Shown here: piece after piece, positions 1 to 13,297 of the stretch
Layout: every line of letters starts with the position of its first letter
How positions within the stretch are numbered: position 1 is the first letter of the stretch
From: Moniliella sp. 'wahieum'
Taxonomy: Eukaryota
NCBI GenBank assembly: GCA_003971905.1
Contig: RSEE01000074.1
Span: 1-64,000 of the forward strand
Reading direction: 5' to 3'
Length of the DNA: 64,000 nucleotides
Program-made: the position numbers and the translations under genes
The notes under the pieces: model-generated
The model's database searches: none
What the model saw: the letters and a program-made list of their open reading frames with translations, nothing else
Told to the model about the DNA's origin: nothing

Positions 1-1344
1 TAGGTGGGGCGTGGTGAGGCTAACTGCTCGAGAAACGTCTCGGTGTCGTGGCCTGCTTTCTCCGCCAAGTGTCGCCGTTTTCTCTGCCAAGGATCGTGTG
101 AGTAGGCGGCTGGGCGCGTCGGCGTCAATCGCGCCTGGATCAGGTCTCTTTTGAGAGCATGTCGGAGCCTGGAAATGGTGAGGCTGGTCAAAGAACCCTC
201 CCCATCATGCATCACACCGCAATTGTGATCTGTGGCCGGGGTTTAAGGGAGTGGGGGAAAATTGGAGGCGTTGCGATGGAAAAGAGTCACCCTAACCAGG
301 TTTGGTAAATGGCTTGCCCGTCAGTCATTGTTCTCCATGGTCAAACAACCTTCCAATTGTGCCGTCATCATCTGGGCGAGGCCACCGTTGAGGCTGCCCC
401 TTCTCCATCTCCTGCATCTGGTTAAGTAGTGACCAAGAAGGGGATTGCCCATTCGCTTTGTAAGCACTTCCCACTTCTCCATTGCTGGTGTCCAAGAGCG
501 CGGCTGCCCTAGCCAGCGGAGCAAGCTCTCTGTAATTGCAAACCACACTCTTGCGCTACGCACTGGTTTCCAGCGGGTGAACGACGCGCCCCCCGTCGAT
601 AATGCGAGCGGCAAGGGCATATGCGGTGCAAGATCGATCAGCAGCACAAGGAAACGCAGCGGTTATTACTGAAGAGTTAAAAGGTGTGGGGGCGTCCTTT
701 ACTGACAGACCAAAATCAATGCTGGCAGAATTTTTGCGCCATAAGGGTATACCGCCCAAGGCACATGTGTTGTGGGCGACGAGCAAGACGGAAGAAAGGA
801 AGTCGGTACCCTATTGTGTCTGGCATGGCACGTACATCCGGCTCGTCTCTTTGTTTCCCACGTCGGGAAGGGGGGCTGCTTGTGATGGCGGTCCTACCTA
901 TGTCCGGGTGCCTTATTAATTTACCGCCTCTCGGTGGTCTAATGGGTCTAATGAGCCGTTGTGCGGTGCATGTGCATGATGGCAGCCCATGGCGGGAGGG
1001 ATCCGATGATGTGCATAACACACTGGAGTTCACATATGGGCACCTGCCAGCCCCACTTGGTGTCTTCTGCTACTACTAACCTCTACTAAAATGCCATCGA
1101 AACCCAGGGCATGATCAACTCCATAGAACGATGATAGCGACACCAGCAAGCGGTGGTCCAGAACGTGTTGGACATCGCTCAACGATGACCAAATCACTGG
1201 TAAGGGTTTATCGGTATCGATTATCCCTCGGCCAGCAAAGATGTATCCAATCCGTCTGCTCCCTTTCCTTCATCTCGCGTTTCCTGACAGGCTCGCTCCC
1301 CTAGTCGATGATTCTGTGTGCCTCCGATGCGAAATCGCAAAAAA

Positions 1345-1450
1345 TGAAGGCAGTGGGACTCGAACCCACGAGTGTCGCAGTTCCATCCACTCTTAAGCGG
1401 AAGCGCTTAATGACTTGAATACGATGCCATAGACCATAGGCTATGCCTCC
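1345..1450 (-). tRNA. tRNA-Leu(CAA) with 33-nt intron (1381-1413); long variable arm absent
   Basis: Minus strand folds as GGAGGCA TA GCC-TATGGTCTAT-GGC A TCGTA TT CAA G [intron] C TGCGA CACTC GTGGG TTCGAGT CCCAC TGCCTTC A, followed by a T6 Pol III terminator. The intron is at the canonical 37/38 position. Confidence 0.85.
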
Positions 1451-1929
1451 TGATGAGCTTTCTCGCAGCACAATTTCCATATGTTGGCAGATGTGATCGA
1501 ACCTGTCTTCTGCATCTGTTGGTTGAAGGAAAGTACCCAAAGGCAACGCAGTGCGCTCAAGTGAGTTACAGTCGGTCTCACTCTCGATTTCAATCAGCCG
1601 CCACCTTCCGCTGTGGTCCCTATTTACTACCACTCTAGTAGGATGATGCACTGTTAATAGTAGTCTCCTCCGTGAAATGGGTATAACCTGTGTATGGATG
1701 CGAGTCATTGCGGTTTTTTTGTTACCAAGAGCAGCACGCCCCGTCGACTACAGCAGTACTTCAATACCAAGACGGCGAATGAACGAGCAAAATCCAATAA
1801 GATAAGAATAAAAAGCATTTTGTCCCAAAATGCAGTACAGTAGGGGGGGGGGAGGGGGGAAGGAGCAGGGCGATTGAAGGCATCATGGTTAGCGAATGTG
1901 ATGAGGGCTTAGTCCTCATCACTACCACC

Positions 1930-4900
1930 TTACGCTGTTCTGCGTCCCAGGCCACCCGAAATATAACGCCAAAAGGAACGGGATAGGGAGATGCCCCATC
2001 GGTCGAAAGTGGGGTGAACAGTTCGCAGGCAACGTACAGCACAACATAACAAAGAAAGATGTTGAGGAGGATGGTGGCCCAGTAGGGAATGCCTGCCGCC
2101 AGCATCTTTAGGGTTGCTGCTGCGCCAACAGACCAGAACAAACATCCGTGCAGCAGGTACAATGAGAAAGCATTGCGACCAAACACGTTCCAGAACCGGA
2201 GTTGGAAGAAGGTGCGGACCGGTTTGCTCAAGTCACAAAGCAAGAAAAAGGATATGACAAAAACGCCGTCCGTCAACTTGGGCAGATACCATTGCTGCGT
2301 TGTGCCTGCCCACTTGTTAGGACTACCCGTGGAAAAGTCTGGGTGGATTCCCCATTCGTTTTCCATATCAATCACTCGAGCGTAGTCCAGCCAAGTCATC
2401 ACGGCGCCGGTGAAAAGATGAACCAGGCAAAAAGATGGCCCATATGACCAAACTTGATTCGGTACTGGTAGCGAACATCCAAGTCTGCCAGCATTAGCCC
2501 GGCCAAAAAGAAATAGTCGAACGGTTTGCCCACCACGACAACGAAATGCAAGCGGCATAAAAGGGGTAGCGTTTGAAAGGTGCTTTGATTTCCCGAGCGA
2601 TAAGAGCGCAGAGAGCGCAAGTCCAAGTACATTGCACAATGACCGGGACGGTCCACAAGATACCAGTGGCGTAATGCGTCACAAATGGCGTAAGGGAAGG
2701 CGACTGCATCCACCATAAACCTAACCAGTTATCGATGAAGACCCCACATGTTGAAAGTCTTGGTAATACGACCAGATAGAGAACGTGCGAGACGCCAGTT
2801 TGGAGGTCCAGTAGAAGGCTTGCTGCATACCACGCAATTGGAAAAAGGGAAAGGAGTCAATAAGATGAGTAAGTCGAATGGGGCTAGTCCACGTACCACT
2901 TCAATCAAAAAGTAGTTGATCATGATGGCTGCGGTAATAGTCACGCCCAGGCGGGGCACACGAGTTTGAACCAGCTGAGCCAGGTGCTGCAGGTTGCCTC
3001 GCGCCAGAAACCGGTTGCAGACAACGCGAGCCGAAAGAACAAAAAAGATACCAACGTTGAGGCCACCATTGCACATGATCGGTCCCAAGATTCTGAAGAT
3101 CCAAAACTCGAAATGGTAGTGTTGGCCTGACCGGTGGGCTGGGTGGTGAACCCATACTCGTAAATCAGGAAAAAGTGGTGAAGAGAGACGAGGAAACAAG
3201 CAAAACCACGTAGGCCGTCCAGGTACTCTACGCGCCCCCCACCAGAAGAAGTGACTGCCCCTGGCCTTCGTGGACAAAGAATTGGTTTTTGAAGCGTTGC
3301 CAGTAAGAAGTGGGCTGGAACTGGGCAGTGTCCTTCTCATCTTGAGCCTTGACCATCCGGAGGCGCAGCGAGTTGGCCGTGGCCCCATTGCGAGGCAGCG
3401 TGGTTTGTAGGGGCAGGAGTCCAATCAGCAATGGGAGTGACCAAGTCACTGGAGCCCTGAGCCATCCTCCAGCAGTACTGTGGGAGAGATGTGGAAGAGA
3501 AGGAGGGCGACCATAGCCATCGGTGTCAACCAGGGACAAAGCAGAGCGGGTGGGCGTTTCCACGTTCGTGGGTGTGGCGGCCGACTGTTCCATACCATCG
3601 GAGTGGCCGATCCGGAGGGAGAGTGGTTTAAGCCCGACCCTGGCCTCACGAAACCAGATCCAGGCCGGCCCAGGGGAACTGAAGGAAGCGAATGGGCATG
3701 AAGCAAAATGTGGTTCCCTCGGTCGCCAGATCGTTCCAAGGAGGGAGTAGAGTTACCCGAAAGAGCTGGACTGGCCAAACCTGAGCGAGTCAAGTCGGTG
3801 CGTGAAAGCTGGACTTGAGGGGTGACGTAGCCATTCATACCGGTGTTGGTTGCCCGGAAGAACGAGAGGACCGATCGGCCGCATAGTGCCATGCCTCGGC
3901 CGCCTTTTCGTCTTCGTCCTCGTCCGACTCGCCATCGTCACTTTCCGCTCCCTGGGCTGCCTCGGGTTCCAGTAGCATGTCGGGATGCTCCCATTTAGCC
4001 ATCGCTTCTCCAAACGTGTACTTCTCCACCTCCTCCACCGTGTTGTTATCCAATCGGACGGACGCGAAGGAGTTGAAGTGCTAGTCTCTCGGAAGGAGGA
4101 GCCGGATGAGTTCTCCTTCTCGGCATTGTACTTCGCGTAAAAGGCAGCACGCTTTTGGCGGGTATTGCGGAGACGGCGCAAAACCGTGTAACGTGAGCAC
4201 AAAGAAAATCCCTCCGGAGAGGCCGCGCCGTAAATGGAGTAGACCGGGACGTGACGCTTCTTGCCCTTGTAAACTTGCTTCACCGTCGCCTCTAGATCAA
4301 AGGAGGTCGAGTTACGGAGGGTGTAATCATCCGTAGAGCAGGTGGCGACAGCTGCGGTGGCACAAGCTTGGTTGAACTCCATCTCCCGCTCTGGACGAGA
4401 GGAGTTGAAGAATAAACGTGCGTAAATGATCAGCGAACTAACGGCAGCGTGGATGGGAGGCCCCTGGGACTGGGTTGGGGATCCGTTGGACCAGTGCTTG
4501 TACGAGAAGGGGGCACCCTTCGCTGGCGGCCTTACCTTCTTCCCCGACCACACGGCGGCATTCGATGACACGTTGTTGCCTGTGTTGGTAAAGGAGACCA
4601 GGGTAGGCAACCAGTCCATGCGGTACTCGAGACCGTTACCGTTGTTGCGACGACCGAGAACGAGGGAAGATTGGTTCCAAAGCACAGGATCCGGGGACTG
4701 GCTGCTCGACGAGTACGATACTTGAACGTTACCTTGTCCTGGATTATCAGTATTGAAAAAGGCGGTGCGGATTAGCTGAGACTGGTTCCAAGCCACCTCG
4801 ATATCCAAGTCAGTGCCCTGTTTGTAGGATCCGTGTGGAGGGTTAAGCATGGTGCGGAAGGAGCCGTAACGCATGTCACGCCGACGAGTCTGCAGTTGAG

Positions 4901-5292
4901 CCCCAAGAGATACGGTTCTTCGTGTCGGCAGGCGTCACATCCATCCGGAGGCCGTTACCGTTCGGGTCGAGATAGGTATTATTGGGAATAACGGCGGAGC
5001 GCCAAGTCGATGATGAAAAGTCATCCTCCCATTCGTTGATGCGGTCCGAGTTGATCCAGGCTTGCTGGCCGGTACCAGCAAAACCCGCGTTGTCGCGTCC
5101 GTAGCGGTCAGCATATCGCTCGGGAAAGAATACGATCTGGTCGGCTGCGTTGGTCTCGTTGAAGTAAGTGATGACAGCGTCGGTCCAGAGGTCGTTGGTG
5201 GAAGGATCGAGGTAGCCACATTCGCAGGAGGCGCGTACTCTGGCACTGAGGTAGATGGACAATACCGACAGCACCCACAAGATTGGTGTCAT
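1930..5292 (-). CDS. Signal peptide + GH16-like domain + TM + acyltransferase-3 (OafA-like) multi-TM domain; frameshifted in this assembly
   Basis: MTPILWVLSVLSIYLSARVRASCECGY (signal peptide plus the fungal GH16 CECGY start); YGSFRT, DLDIE, EYRMDW, HWSNGSPTQSQGPP (GH16 motifs); TM segment ~4180-4240. C-terminal part has NVGIFFVLSARV, RVPRLG, ILWTVPV, FGRNAFSLYLLHG, typical of acyltransferase-3. Intron 2823-2896. Ends ...GGLGRRTA*. Confidence 0.8.
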
Positions 5293-5555
5293 CGTCGGCG
5301 CCCTAGGCTTGTGGCAAAGGTGGAAAGAAGGAAGTGGCAATTAAGAGGAGGATAAAAGTGGGTGGAGATATGAGGGATGGGAAGCTTCATGTGTCGGAAG
5401 AGAGGGTTTGGAGATTATATGTGGGCCGTGGTTCCTAGGAAAAACTGTCAGATCTCGGGGTGCCGCGTCCTGCATGTTCTCCCTCCTCCAATTGATGGAG
5501 CAGTATGTACGACGTAGTGTAATAGTGTGATAGTAAACGCGGAACACTCTAGCGT

Positions 5556-5583
5556 TCAGGCCTCAGGCCTCAGGCCTCAGGCC
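5556..5583. repeat. (TCA GGCC)x4 heptamer array
   Basis: tcaggcctcaggcctcaggcctcaggcc read directly. Confidence 0.95.
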
Positions 5584-5865
5584 CAACAACGACAGGCACC
5601 CTCAAACCCAGAGAACTGCCCCCCCCGTAAACATTAAACGCGTGAAGCGTCAAGCGTCAGTACTACTCAGTGTGGGAGATGCTGGGGATGCGGTTGCAAC
5701 TTTTGGTTGAGGCCCTCAGGCCCCTCAGGCGCCACAGGGGGGCGAGTGTGGCGCCTGTAGCCTCTCAGTACCTTAGTCGAGATGATCGATGATCATCAAT
5801 ACACCTTTTTGTTTTTTTGCTCCCTTTTGTCACACATGTCACTAGGCCGCGGAGCATGGGAAGCT

Positions 5866-6026
5866 ATGGGATACTACAGGACACTACTCCGTCGATACTC
5901 GATACGATGAGATGGGATGTGGGATACAATGTGATGTGGGATACTCGATACGATGCGATGTGACATGTGATGTGACATGTGATCGCAAGTGATGGGATGC
6001 GATGCACGATGGGGCATAGGATGGGC
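5866..6026. repeat. Decayed ~5-bp periodic (GATGN-like) simple repeat
   Basis: gatac gatga gatgg gatgt ... cgatg cgatg tgaca tgtga tgtga ... gatgg gatgc gatgc. Confidence 0.6.
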
Positions 6027-7150
6027 GCCAAGGAAACCTCGCTGCCCTCGCAGCCGCCATGGAGCATGATGGAGAGCGGCACAGCTTGTCTCATGTCAAG
6101 AACATAATAGGCAACAGTTCTAGTTCTATGACGTTTTGTTGGATCAATATTCAATCGCGTTCAAACGTTTACACTGCTATCAAACGATTAGCAGGCGAGA
6201 AATAATGATTGTGGCGTCCGCTCAACTTTCAGCGATTTCAGCCTCAGCCCGAGCGCTGAGCCGCTCACATGCATCACAGTGCTCTGACGCTTCGGTCATT
6301 AACATTAATCATTACACTCGCCGATTTCAGTGTGCATCACATATGATGCGTGTGATGCAGATGGGCCGCTTGAAGCTGTTTCGAGCGATCCGAGTCCTCA
6401 TGCCATTCTTTCTGATCTTGGTACTCCATATGGTCCTAAGCGCTATTAACCGGATTAACCGTGCTATAACCCCATCAGGATACGGGCGGGCCCACCAGGC
6501 CGGCCTGGCCTCGACCTCACCGGCCTCACCAGTCGTTCGGCGATCTTAGCGCTGATCTCTCAGCTCTCCAGTGGCAGCCGCACAGCCTCTCTCAGTCTCT
6601 CGCACGACCACATCTGGTATATCAACATGAAGAGCAAGTACATATGTCAATTGGGTATAGCGCGAATCTTTACGCGTTAATCGCTTGGAAGGATGGAGGT
6701 CTAGGAGTGCTGGTCTAGTGACCGGCCTAATAAGGCCTCTCTGAGGCCTGAGGTGAGCCTCAGGACTAAGGCCTAAGGCCAGAGTATACTAGTGATTAGT
6801 GATTGATGACTGTGGTAGGTAACTGGTGACCGGTAAAACCGGTAACCATCGATCATGGCTGCGGTCACTGAAGATCACCGGCACCACACGCATCGAGCAG
6901 ATCGACCATTTTGTGATTGGTGTTCTCTGATCATCTTGATCATCAAACAGATCGCCCACACAAGTATGCGCAACAGGCCAGAATAGACCTCGTTTGTTCT
7001 CCTTGGATGGTTAATCGATTAATGATTACACCGATTCATGCATGGTGATGCACCCAGGTGAACCGACGGTAACATACTCGAAGATACTATACTGATTGTG
7101 GGCAACCCACCATGATCCTGTCGATTCTTCTCGCTGTTTATTTTCTTGTT

Positions 7151-7346
7151 TGTCAGGATACGGAGATGGGGGAAAGGGCGCAGATGGATTGCATACATCT
7201 ATGGACGCAGAGGAGGTATATGTACCTCCTCAGGAAGGGGGCACAGTCGAGAGGTGGACACAGGATCTCCCAACTGATAAGAATCACGCCATAGTGCCCA
7301 TACGGGTCTAGTGGCCAAGGGGCCCTAGCACGGCGTGAGTCTGACA
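7151..7346. mobile_element. Solo LTR (196 bp), family A
   Basis: Begins TGTCAG and ends CTGACA (6-bp inverted ends). 5-bp TSD TTGTT at 7146-7150 and 7347-7351. Homologous to 35405-35493. Confidence 0.9.
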
Positions 7347-8149
7347 TTGTTAAGTCTCTTTTCTCGCCTTTTGTAGAAGGCCAGTGAGTATTAGGCAGTT
7401 GATGGCGTATTGCATTACGCATGAGCTCTTCGTCATGTCAAGTACAAAACGCGCTTCGAGGCCGTACAGCTACAGCCTCCTCATCCTCTGGACGACGTAC
7501 ATCAGACATGGTTTCCTGCTACTGACGACAGAAAGCGGTACTCCGCCATGCGGGTGAACTTTGCATTAAGGCTGCTGTGGGATCGGCGTATAGACGATGG
7601 ACCGGAGGATAGCATGGGTGATATGAAACGGTGGACCGGTGGACTAGTATGTGAACTGTGGGATGGTGGACGGTGGACGAGGGGGGAAAGATGACGGGGA
7701 CCTTCGAATCGACATGGAGACAGGCCCAGGCGAAGCCCCAGTAGACTTGCAAAATACAGACTCCGGTAAATCACCATCTCAAAATAAGGTACCAGAGCGG
7801 GCCGTACTATAGGCGCGGTGGTCCCCTCGTAACGCGTAACGCGTAATAATGCAGAATGAGCAAGGATGGAGTTCTACGGTTGCCTGTGGTGATTAACATG
7901 ATGCCCTCCGCCATTTACTATTTACTACCCTTACTAAGTCACTGTTATCTATCGCTCCCCCGGATAATCGATAACCGGGGATCGGAGCAGGACCGGGCAT
8001 GTTATTGACTCTTTCCCGCCCCGGCCTCACCATTTCGCCTTATCTTTCCCTTGTTTTTAAGGCTTAAGATCTAAGGCTTTTGAAACGTGTCTCCCCATTA
8101 TTGCTCCCTATTCGGTTTTCTGGTTGTACTGCAGGTGATGCATGTGCCT

Positions 8150-8184
8150 TCAAGCTTCAAGCTTCAAGCTTCAAGCTTCAAGCT
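8150..8184. repeat. (TCA AGCT)x5 heptamer array
   Basis: tcaagct x5 read directly. Confidence 0.95.
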
Positions 8185-8572
8185 CTTCAAGGTTATTAGC
8201 CAATCACATTTTTCATGAGTCGCTTATAATAGCCTTAAGCTCTGTCAATGATATGGATTCGAAAGGCTAGTCACTAATAATAGTCACTAGTCACTGGTCA
8301 GTATACTGCATCCATATATCATTGACAGAGATTAAGGCTGGGACAACTATAAGAATCGCTGCCCCTAAACCGACCCGTTCACCTGCGTCTGATATTACTA
8401 CTTCTGATAGCCACTACTTAGTCAGTGATAATCATCACTAGTCACTAGTCATTACAGTAGTCCTTTGGCCTGAGACTGAGTACTCAGACTCAGTACTCAA
8501 ACTGAGTCCTAAGTCGTAACTGGCGAAGATGAAGCGCTACTTAAAGAGTAACCGCGGCTTGAAGTGTAACAA

Positions 8573-8608
8573 ATCTGTAAGTAATGATTAATCTGTAAGT
8601 AATGATTA
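8573..8608. repeat. 18-bp tandem duplication
   Basis: atctgtaagtaatgatta x2. Confidence 0.9.
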
Positions 8609-10155
8609 ATGACGGTAACTGACGTGTGTTTGAATAAGAAATTACTACATGCGGGGCTTTGCGTCCACAGAGGTAATCGGTAACCGGAGCACCCTGTATC
8701 AACATGCCACAAATTATCGATTATCACTGAGATAATAGTGATAGAGTGTCCTTCACATAGTTAGTTTGCTGAATTATCCAATAGATGCAGGGCTAGTTTT
8801 CTAATAAAGGGTTTGTGCTTCGAGTGCTTAGAAGCCCCTTTCCGATCTAATTTCTCTCCACCCCTTCTTTCGCATTTCACCTTAACACCGCAATGTTCCG
8901 AACTCTCTGTATTTTGGGGGGCCAGTGGGCGTATATACACCTTCCGCTGCATCCCAAAGGTGGGAAAATGAGACTCCAGTGCTCCTGGTGTACTCTATTC
9001 AGTCGACAGATCTTATAGATATTCAGCGAAGGAAGTGCGTTTTTGGGTCCATCTCTCTTTCTGTTGTGTGGGAAGACGAAGGGAATGAGGGAGAGACGGT
9101 TGTTCTGTTTCAAGAAGAAGCGTCTTGACAGAGGAAGGATACAGAGGGGAGAGTCGGACAAGAAGGAGTGATTACGAAAAGCTGACATGTTAGCGTAGTT
9201 TGCAATCACTACGCCAAAAACACTGCCATCCTTCCTACTATGGGTTAGATCAAGATCCTGGTCTACCTAAATAGGTGAATTGAATGATGAGGGGGCAGAA
9301 AGCCCCGCGGAAGTGTGGTTGGTGCTTTAAAGGAAAGCTCTGAATGATATTCAAAGCATCTTTCACACACCGTAGAAAAAGACGACCTTCTGAGGCAGCT
9401 AGGGACGCTCTGCACGTATGATGAGGGCATGTATCGGTGTGCATCTGAATGCCTACAACCGTGGGACAATGACGGACTCGCTCAGGCCACCACCTCTCAT
9501 ATATCGTCAAAATGCAATGAAAATTCACCGAAGCCACCAACGGGGGGTAGTGCACGACTGAGACGCGTCCCCACACCCTTTTACCACGACCACTCCTTTT
9601 TTCGTTACGACATGAGTGCGATGAGTATTTCTCCACGCGCTCAGCCCGTCCAAGAACCATTCTCGTCTATAAAGAGAGGGTGGTGACCCGAGTTGGAAAT
9701 TCAGGTCGGCGGTTACCGGTTACCAGGGAAACCCTGTGATGTCAGGTCCAACACGCTGAGGGGGGCAGGTGGGGGGGGTCTGACCCCCAGATGGCGGCTG
9801 TGATGCGCTGTAATGTGCTTCTTCTCAGCAGTGCGAAAAGGAAGGAGGCTCGCTCAGGTGAGAGCGATTGAATCAACAGCGCGCAAGACGCTTTGGTGCA
9901 TTGCCGTCGGGCAGCGGAGGCAGGACCGCGGCGATGCCGTCGTTGGCGGAGGTGTGGCAAGAAGGCTGGAAGGGGACTGAAAGCGATGACGCAATTCTGT
10001 CCAACGTCAAAATGGTTGGCCGTCCACGGGACCGTCACCGGTGGGTGAGCGGTGGTGGGCACAGGCCAGGTGCCCGCGAAGGGTGTCCACCGGCCACTGT
10101 CGATCAGATATCTGGTCGGTGATCGATGCGGCGCGTCCTGAGTATGTACTCAGGC

Positions 10156-10200
10156 ACCGGTCACCGGTCACTAGGTCATAGTCACTAGTCACTAGTCACT
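10156..10200. repeat. Mixed heptamer array (CCGG TCA) then (CTAG TCA)
   Basis: caccggtcaccggtcactaggtcatagtcactagtcactagtcact. Confidence 0.9.
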
Positions 10201-10209
10201 CAGTGCTGA

Positions 10210-12720
10210 ATGTCGGTTTTCAAAACCCCTACGCACTCCCGCCGTTTCAGGCGTTGCGCCCGCCACCAAACAGAGCCCGCGCCCCCCCGTCGTCATCCGC
10301 ATCCGCGCTGCGCTCGGCGGCGCTGCTGTCGGCGCTTCTGCAGGCATGTGACGTGCGCGTACGTGTGCTCCAGAACGCCATCTTCTTAGCCCCCCTTCCC
10401 GCCGCCACCCAGCTGGCCGGGCGACGAGCCGACTGGGCCTATCTTACCGACAGCCCGCCCGCTGCGTCCGACGCCGAGCTGGTGCGTGGCGTGGTGGAGG
10501 TGAGCGTGCCGTCGGACCGGATGGTGGCGCAGGTGCGCGTGAGTCTGTGTGCGGACCAGGTCGTGTCCATCTCGACTCGGCCGCGCCACAGTGCCGGTCA
10601 GCTGGGAGCAGACGGCGGCCTTTGATCGCGTGCTCACTTCCCCGCCAGCAGTGGCACTGCGCTTGCCTCGTCCACCCCGAACCACGGCGTTCCCGCTCCC
10701 ACACCCCGGCATCCTCTCGTGCTCTCGTTCCGGCTCCCGCTCCCAGACGCCATCTTACGCCGATTTGCACTTCCTCCCACCTTCATCTGCCCCGCCTCTG
10801 GCCGGCCGCGGGCAGCCCAGCTCCAGCACCGACCGCCGGCCCGCAGCTCTTTCCGTTCGCTTGTCCATGCCTCGCGCTCGCGCTCCCGTGGTGTGGTGCT
10901 GGGCGACGTCGCCGAGCTCGAGTCAGATGGTGAGCCACGCGGCCGGTCGGCACTCAGCAGTGGCCATAGTTCCCGCCCACGCTCGCCCGATGACAACCCT
11001 GAGCTCCGGCCCCGCTCCCGTTCTCGTGGCCGATCTGCGGTTGTACGGCCTGCCACAACAGGACTCTCTTTCTCTCGTACAAGCAGCCCTTCCTCTCGGT
11101 TTTCCCGCCCTCCTTCAGCTGTGCTGACACCACCTACCAATCCTGAGCCTCCCCTTGAGCGTCCCTCCGTTCCGGTGTCGGATCCACCCTCGGATTCACC
11201 TTCATCTCTCATCCGTTCGGCTTCTGCAGGGGTGCGGTCGCTGTCGATCAACAGGTTACGCAGAGGTCTTTCTTCCTCCCGTGGTGGAGAAGACGGAGGC
11301 CGAACGTGTTTTGTCCAGCGCGGTCGGAGTGAGACAGGCCGGTCAGGCGTGCGTCATTCGTCTTTACCTCGACCTTCTCTCGATTTGACGTGGGTTGCAC
11401 GCGACGATTCAATGACGCGCGAGAATGATTACACCTCGGACTCGGGCTCGGACGAGGAAGGTGAAGGAATCTTGCTCGTTAAGGGGGAGCATGCGTACGT
11501 TACCATTCCTCTCTTGGTGTTCCCTCTCCATCTGGTTCTAACCTTTTTTGGCCCGTGAGTAGCTTTGAATTTTCGTTTATCATGCCGTCGGATGCTCCAC
11601 CTTATGAACGCAGTCCGTTTGGTCGCGTGAAGTGGACCATCAAGGCGACTGTTGTCGGTGGCGGTCGGGCCCGATCGAACGTAGAAGATGTGGCAGAGGT
11701 GTATCCCATTGTCATTCCCAATCCTGAGCATTTCTTCGCCACACCCCTCTCGATCTTGTACCACGACCTGCACCCGACTGTGGGGTTGCTATCTCTCTCT
11801 CTCACCTCCACCTCAGTCTCTGTCGGAGGCGTGCTGCACATCGAGGTCCAGTCGCCTCAGCCCCCCCCTGACCTCGCTGTTTACCTGTGTCGCGTCACAC
11901 TGGAAACGACGATTGATCTCACGACGCGACGGAGGGGGAAGCAACGTGCACCCGTCCAGCGACATCGTCTCTTTGAACAAGGCTGGGTCCCACCCAAGCC
12001 GGGAAGTACCAAGCCCGGGGAGGGCGACGAGGCCCAAGGCCCGATCCGCATGCCTGGTTCCCACCAGCCGTGGGGTCTTGAGGCCACCGTCCGCCTGCCT
12101 GATGACAATGCGATCCGGCCGACCACCATGCCTGGGTCCCGCGCTTCGATCCGGTTCACGCATTCCCTATTGGTGGAAATCGTCCATTGCCGCCAAGGGA
12201 CTACGGGCGCTGAGGGCGCACCTCCCGAACTTGCCGAAGGCGAGCGAAAATCAAGGTTTTCGCGCTCCGGCAAGCTGTGGTGATCCCCTCCTTGCGTGGC
12301 GTACAACGCGGTTACGCTCCCTCTTTACACTCGCTCAGATCCTCTTGAGGGCGCCGAGGCTCGACCCCAACTGAACCCACATGGGAAAGATGAGCATGCG
12401 CGGTGTGTGTGTGGGCTTTCTCTCGAGGAGCTCAAGGCCCAGCAACAAGCCCTTTATTTACTGCTACTCCAGTGATTGCCGAGGCGAATTCCGAAGGCAA
12501 GCGGGAGAATTGCCATCTGACTGGGCGCATCGCCTCAGGTTATCGTCCGAGGAAAACAACCCGTGTTTGACGGGCGGAGGAGAACAATCAAGCGCGTGCC
12601 TCGCCAAGTCTGCAAGCCTCCGCCCCTAGGCTTGTTCCCGACCACTCGCTGCCGGCTATAGCCTCAAACGCGCCACCGCTGTACGACGCACATAATTTTG
12701 CATCATCCTTACCGGCTTGA
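10210..12720 (+). CDS. Alpha-arrestin (arrestin-related trafficking adaptor); start approximate, frameshifted
   Basis: LVRGVVEVSVP...VRVSL N-terminal strands. After intron 11495-11562 (GTACGT..TTCTAAC..TAG) it reads KGEHAFEFSFIMPSDAPPYERSPFGRVKWTIKATV (arrestin-N signature). C-terminal LPLY and PPLY Rsp5-binding motifs. Confidence 0.8.
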
Positions 12721-13297
12721 CCAAAACGGTCAATCATGATCTGCATCATCAACGGGGCACACGTATTTATCTGTTGTCGAACGTTTATATCCAGTGCACA
12801 ACGAAGGGTAAATGCTGAACATGGCTGCTATATGGTAGCCCGGTTGTGTATGAAAGGGAGGTAGATGAAGTGCCGCCGGGCACACTGAGGGGTCCTGGGC
12901 CCTGTTCGGCTGGAAGGGTGTAGGTGTGCGTGAGACGGGACTTCTCGCCAAACCGTGGGGGTGTATCTGAGTTTCAAGCATAGGCCTAGCGATCCCCTCC
13001 CCAAAGTAGGTTCGCTACGTGGAAGACATTTGCATTACATGACAACCCAGGTTGCCTGGTGGCTATGTGTGGGTGCACTGCCATGCACCACGCCTTGATT
13101 GCGAGCCAGGGGCTATGGGCCGCCGGCCAACCGGCGGGGGCAGTCTGAGTTGGCGCAGTATGATCGATGATCGATCAAAGCCAAGGGGCTGTGAAGCGTA
13201 ATTGATGGCCAACTCCTCCTCCCTGCTTTATCCTCCCCCCTCCCACCACCCCCACCCCCACCGCCGCTTCCGCCCCTGCATCGCCATCATACCCGTC

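Noticed and set aside
321..1079. Short ORFs at the window start as genes or transposase
   Set aside because: No recognisable motif; may be decayed TE sequence but unsupported.
1345..1450. tRNA-Sec/opal suppressor (TCA) or UUG codon reassignment
   Set aside because: The stem register fixes the anticodon as CAA at 34-36, there is no G3:U70 pair, and the few TTG codons I checked fall at hydrophobic, Leu-compatible positions.
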